Positions 26,641-42,796 of a DNA stretch of 64,000 bases are shown one piece after another; position 1 is the first letter of the stretch, and each line of letters starts with the position of its first letter. The DNA comes from Eledone cirrhosa. Its lineage: Eukaryota. The position numbers and the translations under genes were made by a program. The stretch lies in assembly GCA_964016885.1 (NCBI GenBank), contig OZ024750.1, forward strand, positions 2,542,001-2,606,000, given 5' to 3'. Below the pieces are notes generated by a model that saw only the letters and a list, made by a program, of their open reading frames with translations, ran no database searches and was not told where the DNA came from.

Positions 26641-27329
26641 ATTAACACTTAACATTTAATATTCTACCATACTATTTCATTCTAATACCATTAAAAATTT
26701 TAAAGGATTGTAAATAAAACGAGTAAATCAGACAAAGTTGGAATTCCTTTTATTAATATAATCTTCTATACACAATCATACACACCCGTGTATATTTATC
26801 TATCTATATATATATATATATGTGTGTGTGTGTGAGTGAGACAGGGTGACCCAATCAATCTTGCCTCAAGTGGGACAATTCCCGTCTAACCCATGCTTGC
26901 GTGGAAGATAGACGTTAAACGATGATGATGGTGTATATATATATACATATGTATACATATATATATATGTATCCAACCGATGCAAGCTTAGAAAAGTGAA
27001 TGTAATGATGATGTTATATACATACGATGATGATGATTATATATATATATATATTAGGAATTATAAATGATTTAAAAGCTAATTCTTCCATCTATATATT
27101 TGATTATATAACACACACACACACAGTCTCCAATTTAGTGAAACTAGATATATTAATTTCATTCCAGTAAATTCATAACATGTCTTTCATACAATTTCAC
27201 TGACTGGAAACTTATTAAATCTACAAAATCTAAAATAAGTGAAGCTTAAGAAATTCAGATATAAAAAAAATAATCACATAAAACTATTAGACACTAACAG
27301 AGGTATATCAAAATGAGCGTACAATTTTT

Positions 27330-27822
27330 CCAGACACCCAAAGGAATGTAGGTATAAAAGCCAAACTCGTAATCTTCGATTTGGTGTTCATGCCAACCCT
27401 TACCTATGGTCATGAGTCTTGGGTATTGACTGAAAGAATACGATTGCAAATACAAGCAGTCCAAATGGAGTTCCTCCAAAGGGTTTTTGGAGTAATGTTA
27501 CTCAATAGAGTGCTTAGCTCAGAGATGAGAAAGTCATCATAAGTAGAGCTGCTACTTCTCCGAATTGAGAGATCACAGCTCCAATATTACAGACATGTGG
27601 TTAGAATGCCTCATGAAAGAGTTACTGTAGAGATTTTATGGGTGAAACCAACTGGTAGGAGAGTCAGCGGTAGACCCTATGGAAACATGAGCTCAGCTAG
27701 TCTTGCTTAGGGATCCAGCCAGATCAATTAGAGACGGTTTCTTCTGACAGGACCCACCGGTGTACTTGAGGACTCTGCTCCCATGAGCCTCCCAGGAATA
27801 AGTGGGCGACAAAGAAGAAAAC
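27330..27822 (+). mobile_element. RTE LINE 3' end with short AAG tail
   Basis: Encodes LTYGHESWVLT..IRLQIQAVQMEFLQRV-like remnants. It is homologous to the minus-strand copy at 61990-62357. Confidence 0.85.
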
Positions 27823-28546
27823 CCAAAGCAGTGTCAATATATATAAGAAGCTATACATCACCCTTAAAGAAGACATAAAACAGCAGTTATTTCCATTAAT
27901 TAGCAATATAACCAAATAATATTCAAATTCCAATAAACTCACAAAATCTCAAATTCCATCTCACCAAATAATCAAAGCCATGAGTGAACTTTCATCTTTT
28001 ATCTATGGTTGCATAAAAAAAAATAAAACTAAGGCAAAAATATCTGCCAAGTATCTCTTTAAAACAAAAAAATGTTAACATAATATTTGACCAAAGTAAT
28101 TGATCATCATCTAATCAAATAATTTATTCCATATGGGAATTTCAAGAAATTTCCAATATTGCTACACACCATCAGTGGTCAATCATTATTAAATTGATAT
28201 TAGAAGTCTCTTCAACAATATATCAGTATCAATATCAAGTTCAATAACATCACTCTATATTATTTCTTAACTAAGGAACTAGTTAAGAAATGATTAATTT
28301 ACCACAGCATGAACATATTTTTCCCCATTCCTCCATCTGATAAGGAAGAATTGGCAGTTATGCCTCACTAATTGACATTTTCTAGCCATCATCTAAATCA
28401 GATGATGAACAGAGTACCATGTTCCACCATTAACAAAACCATCTTTTATAGCAGAGAAATAGATGGTATAAGAAAGTAGGATGTAGTTTTATTCCTTTAT
28501 GAAGCCAATCTTAAAAAGATATACATTTCTAAATTTAAATAATAGT

Positions 28547-28729
28547 ATTTTGTAAAATTGAAGAAATCTGAAATGCAGAAATATCTGCATAACAGGGTCG
28601 GGTTGAAACAAAACCTCTTTTGAATGGAAGAGGTTTTGTTTCAACCTGACCCTTTGCTTCGATTATCGTAGCAGCTGGCAGTTTTACAGTTATTTCCACA
28701 TTTCAGATTCCTACAATTTTACGAAATAT
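28547..28729. repeat. Nested inverted repeats (outer ~38-bp imperfect arms, inner ~26-bp arms)
   Basis: agggtcgggttgaaacaaaacctctt / aagaggttttgtttcaacctgaccct sits inside tattttgtaaaattg..tctgaaatg / catttcaga..caattttacgaaata. Confidence 0.85.
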
Positions 28730-29699
28730 TCACACACTCATCACTCCAAACCATTTCATATATTGACTAAATATATTTCTTGTTCAATATTTTGTGTCAC
28801 TGTCATCTAAACCCATTTCGTTCATATATTTCTTCTTGTTACCCCAATGTGATTCATCCTCTAGACCCAACAGTTTGACAAATGTTTTCTTCCAAAACTA
28901 CATTAATTTTCAAAGTCCCTCTCAAACTGTGTGACCATTCCAATCACCAACTTTCAAAAATTCAAACATAACATTCACCTCTTCCTCTAGTTTAAAAAAA
29001 AGTACTAAAAAAGGTTATACTCATTGTAAACCTTCTATTTAAATTAATAAAAAATATGAATTGTCACAAGAAGTAAAGCCTTTGCTATTAAAGATTCAAG
29101 AATGAATTAAAAAAACAAAACAAAAACAAAAGACTAGACACCTACTCTAAACAGAAAATAATGTATTAGCTTTCTACACCTTGCCTCAAACATAAACTTA
29201 ATAATCTTCACATGACATTCGCATGTAGTTTCAAAAATATGGCAAGTAAAATGAATGTTTCCAAAGAACCCTCACCCCCAGGAACCAGGTGTTTAGTATC
29301 AGATTCACAGTATGAAACATCCATAAGAGATTAATATTACTTTGAGTAGACTATAAAAGATAATCCCAAGTTGATCTGTAACCTATTCTAGACAACTAGA
29401 TGAACTCAACAAAACATCAACAGTAAATTTTAATGCAAAAACCTTTCCCACTAATCATTTTACCTTTACTTAGACTGCAATGGATAGAAGTCTATAAAGT
29501 GTCTTTTCTAGGTAACAAAAAGATATACAAAATGTGAACTCCAAGTACTTCCAAGAACTTTGTCATCTAATAAATATATTCAAAAGGGTAAGAGAGCACT
29601 TTAATCACAACATAGCAACCCCTATACTGCTGATGTCATGAAAATGAACTCGGGGCACTCTGTAAATGGAGAGAGTGCAGGAATATATGGGTTCTGCAG

Positions 29700-29880
29700 C
29701 ACCCACTCCACTCTGTAAATGTGGTTGGCATTAGGAAGAGTATCCAGCTGTAGAAACCAAGCCAGAAACAGTTCTGTATGAGCAAGACAGGGTCAACTGA
29801 TCTGACTTGTCTCACAACAAGATAACACGTCTAACCCATGCTAGCATAGAAAAATGGATGTTAAACAGTGATGATGATAT
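29700..29880 (+). mobile_element. SINE 3' part with (GAT)n tail
   Basis: ctgtaaatgtggttggcattaggaag...acccatgctagcat..gatgttaaac..gatgatgat is homologous to 46620-46793 and 26845-26930. Confidence 0.8.
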
Positions 29881-30089
29881 ATATGATATATATAAACAAT
29901 ATTTCTTTGATGTTGATGACATTACAACCTCAAAGAAACATTCTAATTTTGACGTGAACATTTTGAAAAAAGAAAGATAAACAAAAATAAGTCTATACAT
30001 ACTTCCCTAAAATGTTGTTTTTGTTTTGTTGTTGTGGGGGCGTAGTGACAAATAGCCCCCTATACTCATCAAACTCTTTATTCTTTTGA

Positions 30090-30740
30090 CGACAGGAATT
30101 TATCCTAGTCTACAGGAACATTCCACAATATGCCCTATCTTCAAGAATCTCTCTAGTTCTACAAACTAACAGCCTATAGTCAGAAGAGTAGCTGGGAGGG
30201 GTAGTTCACCCCGGGGCAAAACTTTAGTAGGGTGTGTTGTAAAAGCATGCATGAGCGGTGTTGAAATAAACTATGGCATATGTATTTAAACGTTTGTTAT
30301 CGAGGGTGGGCACAAATTCAGGGGCTGCACTAGACAGGACACACAGCCTATCACTCTTGCTACCAATATCTCAAAGATGATTGAAACAATTGTTAATAAT
30401 CTCCAGTCTCTCTTACCAATATGGCTCCCGTAAAACAAGATCTACAAAGTACTTCTGTTCTCTGGGTTATTCACTTTAAATGTCATTTTGCACTTGACAT
30501 AGAAAAGCATTTGACTGTATTTGGCATGAACAACTGTCAGTTTACTGCCCTCTGGATGTCACCCGTCTTTCATCAAGCATACAGCCACCACCACCCAACC
30601 CTAACCCACTCGACACATCTCTCTCTTCTTCTTCTCACCCCTCATACTGTCTTGGGACCCCAGGAATCACTATTCCCAACCCTAACTTCCCAGAACATCA
30701 ACCATCTGCTGAAATTTCATCAGATAACAACATTATAAAA
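30090..30740 (+). mobile_element. Decayed CR1/L2/Jockey-group reverse transcriptase fragment with nested insertion
   Basis: Frameshifted RT motifs PIFK..TN.PI(T)L..ISK..E.IVNN, QYG.R..RST and ALDI.KAFD.IWH. Confidence 0.7.
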
Positions 30741-31563
30741 ACACGCGAAAAAATAATCTCTATGCAAACACATAAACAAACAAAACAGAATCGTTTTAAA
30801 AAAACATTGGGAACAAAAATAAGAAGATTAGTGAAAGAGCATGTCATATATTGGAGGCTGGTTAAGGAAATCTTTAAATGATCGGTAAATGAAGTATTTA
30901 CAACTACAAAAGAAGATTTATTATAAAACCAGTAATAACCAACAATCACTAAACTGGAGGTGTACCATTATCACTGTTTTAAACCAATTCCAGTTCAAGT
31001 TGTGACATAACCTTGCTAAGTCTCATCATAATTCCATCAGTGTCATCCCCAAATTTCTAGAAGGCACTGTCGACATTCCCTAATGTCGAGTGTAATTAAG
31101 ACCGTATTCTCTCGCTTTTTTTTTCTGTCTTTCTTTCTGGGTCGTTTTTATTGTTTATGTTACTTTTGCAAATCATTAAATTAACATTGTGTAATTAAAT
31201 ACATAGTTTGTTCGCTGACTAAATATACCAACCAATATTTTAATTAAAGTTGTAAAAATTGAATAAAAACTGGAAAAAAAATGCAAGATTCGTAAACACA
31301 CACCAAAGAAAGTTACTGAAAATTATAGATTTAGTAAATGTTTCTCGTATGGTTGTATAAATTGTAGAAAAGGGAAGCCGCTCAATTAGTTGTAACAAAG
31401 TAAAAGAAAAGAAAAAAGACTCACGTTTCAAGCCAATGATAATACATTTTTAAGACAAAACATCGCAGAAGAAAGGTGATGGAGTTAGGGGTAAAATCCA
31501 AAAGTGACCAAATTATGTCAACTATACTCAGTGATGAAAATAAAGGTGTACTGAAAAGGGACG

Positions 31564-31878
31564 GCGTTCTTTCCATCCCAGATTCTCACGAGACGTTAGA
31601 TATTGAAGGGGGAGAAGGGTGGTAATAGTTTCTACTACCCTAGCGTTCCTTCCATCCCAGATTCTCACGAGACGTTAGATATTGAAGGGGGAGAAGGGTG
31701 GTAATAGTTTCTACTACCCTAGCGTTCCTTCCATCCCAGATTCTCACGAGACGTGAGATATTGAAGGGGGAGAAGGGTGGTAATAGTTTCTACTACCCTA
31801 GCGTTCCTTCCATCCCAGATTCTCACGAGACGTGAGATATTGAGGAGGGGTTGTAATAGTTTCTACCCTCCGCCTTCC
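31564..31878. repeat. 79-bp tandem repeat, about 4 copies
   Basis: Units start at 31564, 31643, 31722 and 31801. Confidence 0.97.
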
Positions 31879-32093
31879 CAACTTCAGCCTCGCAGAACCC
31901 TGATTCCTAAAAACCAATTTCCATCACTGGCTACATTGAGTTTCATAAATGAAGTTTTTAAAGATTTTAATCCCCACCCCCACCAAAGAACTGAAAGATA
32001 GCTAGCACACTCTCCAAATAATTAGCTAAACTTTCCAAATAATTATTTACACAATATTTTTAATACGTAACACAGGAACAACACAATATAGAG

Positions 32094-32311
32094 TTAACCC
32101 TCTAGCATTTACATTACTCTATATTTACTATTGTATTTTCACGGTAAACAATTTATTTCACATAATTATCTCACATAATATCGATCTACAAGAGTTTGAT
32201 AATATTTATTTTGAAAATAATACCTTAACATAAGTATGAGCAGCCGGTTTGAACAGAAAGAGGTGAGAGAATTCTGGCCGGATACAGCCGGTTTAAATGC
32301 TTAAGGGTTAA
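32094..32311. mobile_element. piggyBac-type MITE (same family as 5013-5240)
   Basis: TTAA-ccctctagcattta ... taaatgcttaaggg-TTAA. Confidence 0.88.
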
Positions 32312-32792
32312 GAGTAAATACAAAAAAGTCGTATAAATTACGACACTTTACTTTAAAATGACTGAGAGAATATAGAAGGTTTATATGGTGAATTTATAAG
32401 AATAAGAAAACGAAATTAATTTCCAAAAATGTGAAGAAGTTACATACAATCAAATTTATATTCTCGGGACCATTTGAAGAATATTCAAACCATATTAAAC
32501 TTTTTCATGGGTATGTTCATCGAGTTTCACGCAAGAATAGGGAAATGGTATGGACATAATACCATTGCCCTAAACCAACCAAAGGCATGCAATAGAGTAC
32601 AAACTCAGGTTCTCAGATAAGCTAACATGTTGAGTGACATGAGCAATCTACTTGCCAATAGAAAGCGTTTCGAAATTGCGTTACAGATTATGAAGAATGG
32701 AAATTTGAAGTTAGAAATGGATAGAAAATTACATGATTGGGAATTAGGTAAGTACAAATGCTCCTTTTCCTTGTGGTTATTAAATCTCTGAA

Positions 32793-32977
32793 AGCAGACC
32801 TGTCAACTCTCCCCGTCCGATGGGGAGATCTCCCACCCACTTTAGGGTAGGTGAGAGATGTCTTCTCTTGTGAAAATGGGTGTCTTTCATTGTGTAAAAT
32901 CTCCCCATTTTGCCTCATTTCTACCCATTTTTTCATGGTACTCCCCGTTTAGGTTTTTAGAGGTTGGCAGGTCTGCT
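32793..32977. mobile_element. MITE with ~15-bp terminal inverted repeats
   Basis: agcagacctgtcaac / gttggcaggtctgct, with repeated internal ctcccc motifs. Superfamily uncertain. Confidence 0.75.
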
Positions 32978-33664
32978 AAAAGGCTCAGTGTCATCGTTTT
33001 GATTTAAGGATGACTAAATTCTATTTCAACAGGATTACAAAGTTAGAGTACATCAATACATATAGATACCCATTTAGTCCTTATTTCTGAATTATACTAT
33101 ATAGTATTAGCTGGTTGTTTTATACTATAAAGAAAAGGGTTATAGAACTCATGGACATAAATCAAAAACTTATCTTTGAATAAAACGTTTTAGTTATAAA
33201 CAAACGAAGAAAAATGTTAGTCTGGATGTAAATGAAAAAAAAAACACACACACTGCTTACTAAAAAGAACTGGAAAAAAAAACTTCAAAAATTTATAAAT
33301 CAACTTTCAACATTTTAAACAATTCACGCTTTTTTTTCTTCTTTTTTTCGTTTAATTATTTATACATGTAAACCATATGTTGCTGAAGATATAACATAAC
33401 ATGCACAAAACACATATATATATATACATATAGTATGTCAATGATGGTGTGAGATTTTAACAGTTAAATAATATTCCTTATGGCTTTTGCATTATGTGTG
33501 TGTGTGTGGAATCATGCGTATGTGTGTTGTTATTTTTCTAATTAGCTGTGCAGGTACGTGAGTGCGTGTGAGTGCGCGCGCATCTGTGTCTAGGGCAACA
33601 CAGAGATACACACATTCGCCATCTTTGCCTGATTTGTTAGTAATCAACCAAAACATGAACTTAC

Positions 33665-33748
33665 CTGTCGGATAAAACTGTTCGAACTATCAGAAAAACT
33701 GCCATCAGAACGCTTAAACTTCCCTCCTTTACGCTTTGATCCTTTTCC
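33665..33748 (-). CDS. CACNB: Voltage-gated calcium channel beta subunit, exon 2 (phase 0/0, 84 bp): GKGSKRKGGKFKRSDGSFSDSSNSFIRQ
   Basis: Acceptor gtcttttcatttaatAG and donor CAG|GTAAGT. The peptide matches vertebrate CACNB1 exon 2 as recalled ([29 protein letters not shown]), with the same boundaries. Confidence 0.93.
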
Positions 33749-35615
33749 CTATTAAATGAAAAGACATATAAAATATATTAGTTATCTATGCAATGCAGAT
33801 GATTTAAATGTCTATTACTAAATTACTTTCAATTAAGTTCACCTGTTCCACATCACACACCATTTCGACTATTAACAACGTTACTTTAATGAACTTATTA
33901 CTATAATGTAGTAGGATGGTTATAAAACTCGAATCCCCGCCCTACTTTAAACGTAGAGAAGGTTCTATTTATTAGTAATATTGACTGGTTCTTATTGTCA
34001 TACATTTTATATTGACAGCTGTATCTTAATTTGGTATGGAACCTTATAAGAATATTGGCGATGAAATAATGGAGAAAATAAACATTTCACGGCTTTCTTA
34101 AGGGCATTTAAGAATTTATATCAATAACACAAGACCACAGTTTCGAGGTGGATCATCGATTTAATCGCTACCATTAAATATTCTTTTATTCTATCACTGG
34201 TTTCAGGCATTAGACTGCGGTCATGCTGGTGCACCGCCTTAAAACGATTTAGTCGATAATATCGACCCAATTATTTCATCGAGCATTTTGGGGACATAAA
34301 CAGAAACACGTATTTACACATACACGTATTAACAGACACACACACGTATTAACAGACACACACGTATTAACAGACACACACACACGTATAGTATTGACAG
34401 TCACGAGAATGAGTACTCAATACTTTAGTATAGATAAATATATTTTTTTTATTTAGGCCAAATTATGAACCTGTTCCTGTAGAGTTTGCCTGTATAATGG
34501 CAGACTCATCAGACAAGACTGACAGATGACTGTGAATATATATTATAGTATAAAGGGTTAACCGAACAAGGATGTGCTCAGGTGGAAAAGTTGGTCCTCC
34601 TAACCATCGAAAGGTACGTTCCTGGTATCACCTCATAGTACTGGCCTTAATAATGGTTTCTGATTTAAACACACGGGCAACATTTTGGGGGTGGAGGGGA
34701 AAATTCGATTAAATCGATCTCAGTGCATTACTGGTACTTGATTTTATCGACCCCGCCGGGATTTGGGCTCATGATGGTCTTAATAATAATTATATATATA
34801 CACACATATATATATATATAATTTCCTCCGAATGAAACAGTTCTAGTCCTGTAGAAGCCATTTCTATATTAAATATTTATACTCTGCTATGTATTGAGTA
34901 CCTTACTGTGGTGACCCCCGATTCAACCCATATATATATAACCAGTTTCTGCAGTTTCCATCTACCAAATCTCATTCACAAACTCAAGACATTGGTCAAC
35001 AGCTATAGTAGAAAACACTTTCCAAGGTTCCAGTCAGTAGGAGTGAACCCGAAACTTACATAGTTGAGAAAAAATCGAACTTCTTAACCCACACACCACC
35101 CATACCTGTGTCTAAACTGATTTTATTGACCCAAAGGGAAAAAGGCAAATTTAACTTTGGTAGAATTGGAACTCAAAAACGAGAGATGGTTGATTAATTA
35201 ATATCAATAAAGGTGGTAGGGGAAAGTCGATTAAATCAACTTCAGTGTATTACTGGTACTTTATTCTATCGACCCCGTAAGGTTGAAAGACAGCTAACCT
35301 CGGTGGGATTTGAACTCAGAACATAAAGGGATAGAAATAAATACCCACTTATTTAAATGACCATTTAAAATACTTTTAATTTGAAGGAAATAAAATCGCT
35401 CTAAATCTATTTAGAAATTATAATGTGTATATGTATATATATGTGTATATGTATATATATATATATATGTATATGTATATATATATATGTATATGTATAT
35501 ATATATGTGTATATTTATATGCATAAGTGGATAAAGATATATGTGGGTGTATATATATATGTATATATATGAATATATATATGTGTGTATATATATATAT
35601 ATATGTGTGTGTGTG

Positions 35616-35693
<78 letters not shown>

Positions 35694-36480
35694 TATATAT
35701 ATATGTGTATATATATATGTATGTATATATATATGTGTATATATATATATATGTATATATATGTGTATATATATATATATATGTATATACATATATATGT
35801 GTGTATATGTGTGTATATATATGTATATATATGTGTATATATATGTGTATATATATATATGTATATATATGTATATATACACACACATATACATAGATAT
35901 ATATATATATGTATATATATATGTTTATATATCCACATATATATAGATATGTTTATATATCCATATATATATATATCCATATATATATGTATATATATCC
36001 ATATATATATGTATATATATCCATATATATATACATGTATGTATATATATCCATATATATATCCATATATATATATATATATATCCATATATATATACAT
36101 GTATGTATATATATCCATATATATATCCATATATATATATATATATATGTATATATATCCATATATATATATGTATATATATAGCCAGATATATATGTAT
36201 ATATATCCATATATATATATATATATGTATATATATCCATATATATATATATATGTATATATATATCCATATATATATATATGTATATATATATCCATAT
36301 ATATATACATGTATGTATATATATATCCATATATATATACATGTATGTATATATATATCCATATATATATACATGTATGTATATATATATCCTATATATA
36401 TACATGTATGTATATATATATCCATATATATATACATGTATGTATATATATATCCATATATATATATATGTATATATATC

Positions 36481-36513
<33 letters not shown>

Positions 36514-36620
36514 GTATATATATAAAATATATATATGTATATATATATATATATAGTATATATATATATATATAAGTATATATATATATATATATGTAAG
36601 TATATATATATATATGTAAG

Positions 36621-36705
<85 letters not shown>

Positions 36706-36903
36706 GTATATATATATCCATATATATATACATGTATGTATATATATATCCATATATATATACATGTATGTATATATATATCCATATATATATACATGTA
36801 TGTATATATATATCCTATATATATACATGTATGTATATATATATCCATATATATATACATGTATGTATATATATATCCATATATATATATATGTATATAT
36901 ATC

Positions 36904-36937
<34 letters not shown>

Positions 36938-37046
36938 TGTATATATATAAAATATATATATGTATATATATATATATATAAGTATATATATATATATATA
37001 AGTATATATATATATATATATGTAAGTATATATATATATATGTAAG

Positions 37047-37218
<172 letters not shown>

Positions 37219-37264
37219 TGTGTATATATATATATGTATATATATATATATGTATATATATATG

Positions 37265-37338
<74 letters not shown>

Positions 37339-37344
37339 TATAAG

Positions 37345-37382
<38 letters not shown>

Positions 37383-37613
37383 GATAGATATATAGATATA
37401 TATATAGATATATATATATAGATATATATATATAGATATATATATATAGATATATATATATAGATATATATATATAGATATATATATAGATATATATATA
37501 TAGATATATGTATAGATATATATATAGATATATGTATAGATATATATATAGATATATATATAGATATATATATAGATATATATATATGTATATATATATA
37601 TGTATATGTATAT

Positions 37614-37671
<58 letters not shown>

Positions 37672-37692
37672 ATATATATGTATATATATATG

Positions 37693-37778
<86 letters not shown>

Positions 37779-38002
37779 TATATATATGTATGTATATATA
37801 TATGTATATATGTATGTATATATATATATATGTATATATATATGTATATATATATGTATATATATATATATGTATATATATATGTATATATATATGTATA
37901 TATATATATATGTATATATATATGTATATATATATATATGTATATATATATGTATATGTATATATATATGTATGTATATATAAATGTATATATATATAAA
38001 TG

Positions 38003-38039
<37 letters not shown>

Positions 38040-38210
38040 GTATATATATATGTATATATGTATATATATGTATATATATATGAATATGTATATATGTATA
38101 TATATATATGTATATATATATATGTATATATGTATATATATGTATATGTATATATGTATATATATATGTATATGTATATATATATATGTATATATATATG
38201 TATATATATG

Positions 38211-38241
<31 letters not shown>

Positions 38242-38256
38242 GTATATATATATATG

Positions 38257-38289
<33 letters not shown>

Positions 38290-38322
38290 GTATATATATA
38301 TGTATGTATATATATATGTATG

Positions 38323-38529
<207 letters not shown>

Positions 38530-38760
38530 ATATATATATATGTATATATATCCATATATATATATATATATATATCCATATATATATATATATATATCCA
38601 TATATATATATATATGTATATATATATAGGTTGAAAAAAAATGAAAACGAAATTTCATTTCTCACTCTTAGTACGGCACTTACTTAAATGTAAGTATGTG
38701 TGTATACGTACATACATATATGTATACAGACGTACAGTAGCATGCATATATATATATAGA

Positions 38761-38792
<32 letters not shown>

Positions 38793-38948
38793 CATACAGG
38801 TACACATACATATATGCACGTATCAGTTTAGCAGACGATTATTATAACGCCTCTTTGTTCGTTTGTAAACAAACTGAACAGCCTGAATTTTTATGCCGTA
38901 CGGTGTTAAGGCAACCACGTCACCTTTTTGTTCAACACTGACACAGGA

Positions 38949-38991
38949 ACGATGTACTAGTTTCAAGCTTGTTAGCTATCATCAGCACCGT
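38949..38991 (-). ncRNA. Minimal type I hammerhead ribozyme motif, intact core
   Basis: Minus strand ACGGUG-CUGAUGA-U-AGCU-AACA-AGCU-U-GAAA-CUAG-UA-CAUCGU. Stem I is 6 bp, stem II is 4 bp, stem III is the palindrome ACUAGU, and the site is GUA. Confidence 0.85.
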
Positions 38992-39231
38992 ATACCCATC
39001 TGCCAGATAGTTGAACGTTCGAAAGTATATACTTTCCTTATGAAAATTAACGGCTGAGCAGCCTAATTTGCATATCGAGTGAGCTAAGTCGGTCTGGCAT
39101 ACCGAAAACAATGAGTCGAAAAAAAAATGAAAACGAAATTTCATTTCTCACTCTTAGTACGGCACTTACTTAAATGTAAGTATGTGTGTATACGTACATA
39201 CATATATGTATACAGACGTACAGTAGCATGC

Positions 39232-39369
<138 letters not shown>

Positions 39370-39372
39370 GTA

Positions 39373-39415
<43 letters not shown>

Positions 39416-39759
39416 CCATATATATATATATATATATATATCCATATATATGTATATATATATATATATACATATATATGGTGGCTGCCAACTCGTTTTC
39501 GAGTACGGCCACTACTTTATATCCATGTAGGAGAACTCCTACCGATGCGCTGAACGAGTGTGACTTTTTAGTCCAGCCAGCGACTTGAAAACTCTCGTAC
39601 AAACACTACACCTGTGACAATTATTGACACATAGTGCTGGGCCCATGGTACCATGTGAGGACAAGTGCAGAGAGATCTCCAGATATAAAGCAATGCCTGT
39701 GCCGTGAAGCTTTTATAGTGAGCAAAGGCACTGCACAAAGCAGTCCCACACTCTTAACC

Positions 39760-39959
39760 NNNNNNNNNNNNNNNNNNNNNNNNNNNNNNNNNNNNNNNNN
39801 NNNNNNNNNNNNNNNNNNNNNNNNNNNNNNNNNNNNNNNNNNNNNNNNNNNNNNNNNNNNNNNNNNNNNNNNNNNNNNNNNNNNNNNNNNNNNNNNNNNN
39901 NNNNNNNNNNNNNNNNNNNNNNNNNNNNNNNNNNNNNNNNNNNNNNNNNNNNNNNNNNN
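39760..39959. other. Assembly gap (200 N)
   Basis: Read directly. Confidence 1.
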
Positions 39960-41063
<1,104 letters not shown>

Positions 41064-41264
41064 AAGATGATATTTACCAAAAAGAAGAACAAGTCAACAT
41101 CATTGGATACCATCAGGGTTGCAGGTGTTACATCAGAGTTTTCCTTCTCCTAGAATTCTGCCTTGACAAAGGCTAAGGGGTATATATATATACATGTATA
41201 TAGATCCATATATATATATGTATATATATCCATATATATATATGTATATATATCCATATATATG

Positions 41265-41302
<38 letters not shown>

Positions 41303-41314
41303 TATATATATATG

Positions 41315-41368
<54 letters not shown>

Positions 41369-41430
41369 AGTATATATATATATGTAAGTATATATATATA
41401 TATGTAAGTATATATATATATATATATGTA

Positions 41431-41467
<37 letters not shown>

Positions 41468-41690
41468 CTATATATATCTATGTATATATATCTATATATA
41501 TCTATGTATATATATCTATATATATCTATGTATATATATCTATATATATCTATGTATATATATCTATATATATCTATGTATATATATCTATGTATATATA
41601 TATGTATATATATCTATGTATATATATATGTATATATATCTATGTATATATATCTATGTATATATATGTATGTATATATGTATGTATATA

Positions 41691-41725
<35 letters not shown>

Positions 41726-41740
41726 GTATATATATATATG

Positions 41741-41771
<31 letters not shown>

Positions 41772-42462
41772 GTATATATATATATGTATATATATATATA
41801 TGTATATATATATATGTGTATATATATATATATATGTATATATATATGTATATATTTATATATGTATATATATATATATGTATATATATATGTATATATA
41901 TATATGTGTATGTATATATATGTATATATATATATGTATGTATATATATCCATATATATATATATGTATGTAAATATATATCCATATATATATATATGTA
42001 TGTAAATATATATCCATATATATATATGTATGTAAATATATATCCATTATATATATATGTATGTAAATATATATCCATATATATATATGTATGTAAATAT
42101 ATATCCATATATATATATGTATGTAAATATATATCCATATATATATATGTATGTAAATATATATCCATATATATATATGTATGTAAATATATATCCCTAT
42201 ATATATATATATGTATATATATCCATATATGTATATATATGTATATATATCCATATATGTATATATATCCATATATATATATGTATATATATATATCCAT
42301 ATATATATATGTATATATATATATCCATATATATATATGTATATATATATATCCATATATATATATATATATATATATATCCATATATATATATGTATAT
42401 ATATATATCCATATATATATATATATATATATCCATATATATATATGTATATATATATATCC

Positions 42463-42686
<224 letters not shown>

Positions 42687-42697
42687 ATATATATATA

Positions 42698-42796
<99 letters not shown>

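Larger units (their letters stand above)
26403..26760. repeat. Perfect inverted repeat (165-bp arms, 28-nt loop), fold-back Penelope-like terminal repeat
   Basis: 26403-26567 reads as the exact reverse complement of 26596-26760. Each arm contains a hammerhead motif. Confidence 0.95.

Noticed and set aside
33400-33405. Rbfox TGCATG motif ~260 nt downstream of exon 2 (minus strand)
   Set aside because: A single hexamer is expected by chance without conservation data.
1-33664. CACNB core exon (GSADS...)
   Set aside because: Searched by eye on the minus strand and not found. It presumably lies left of the window.
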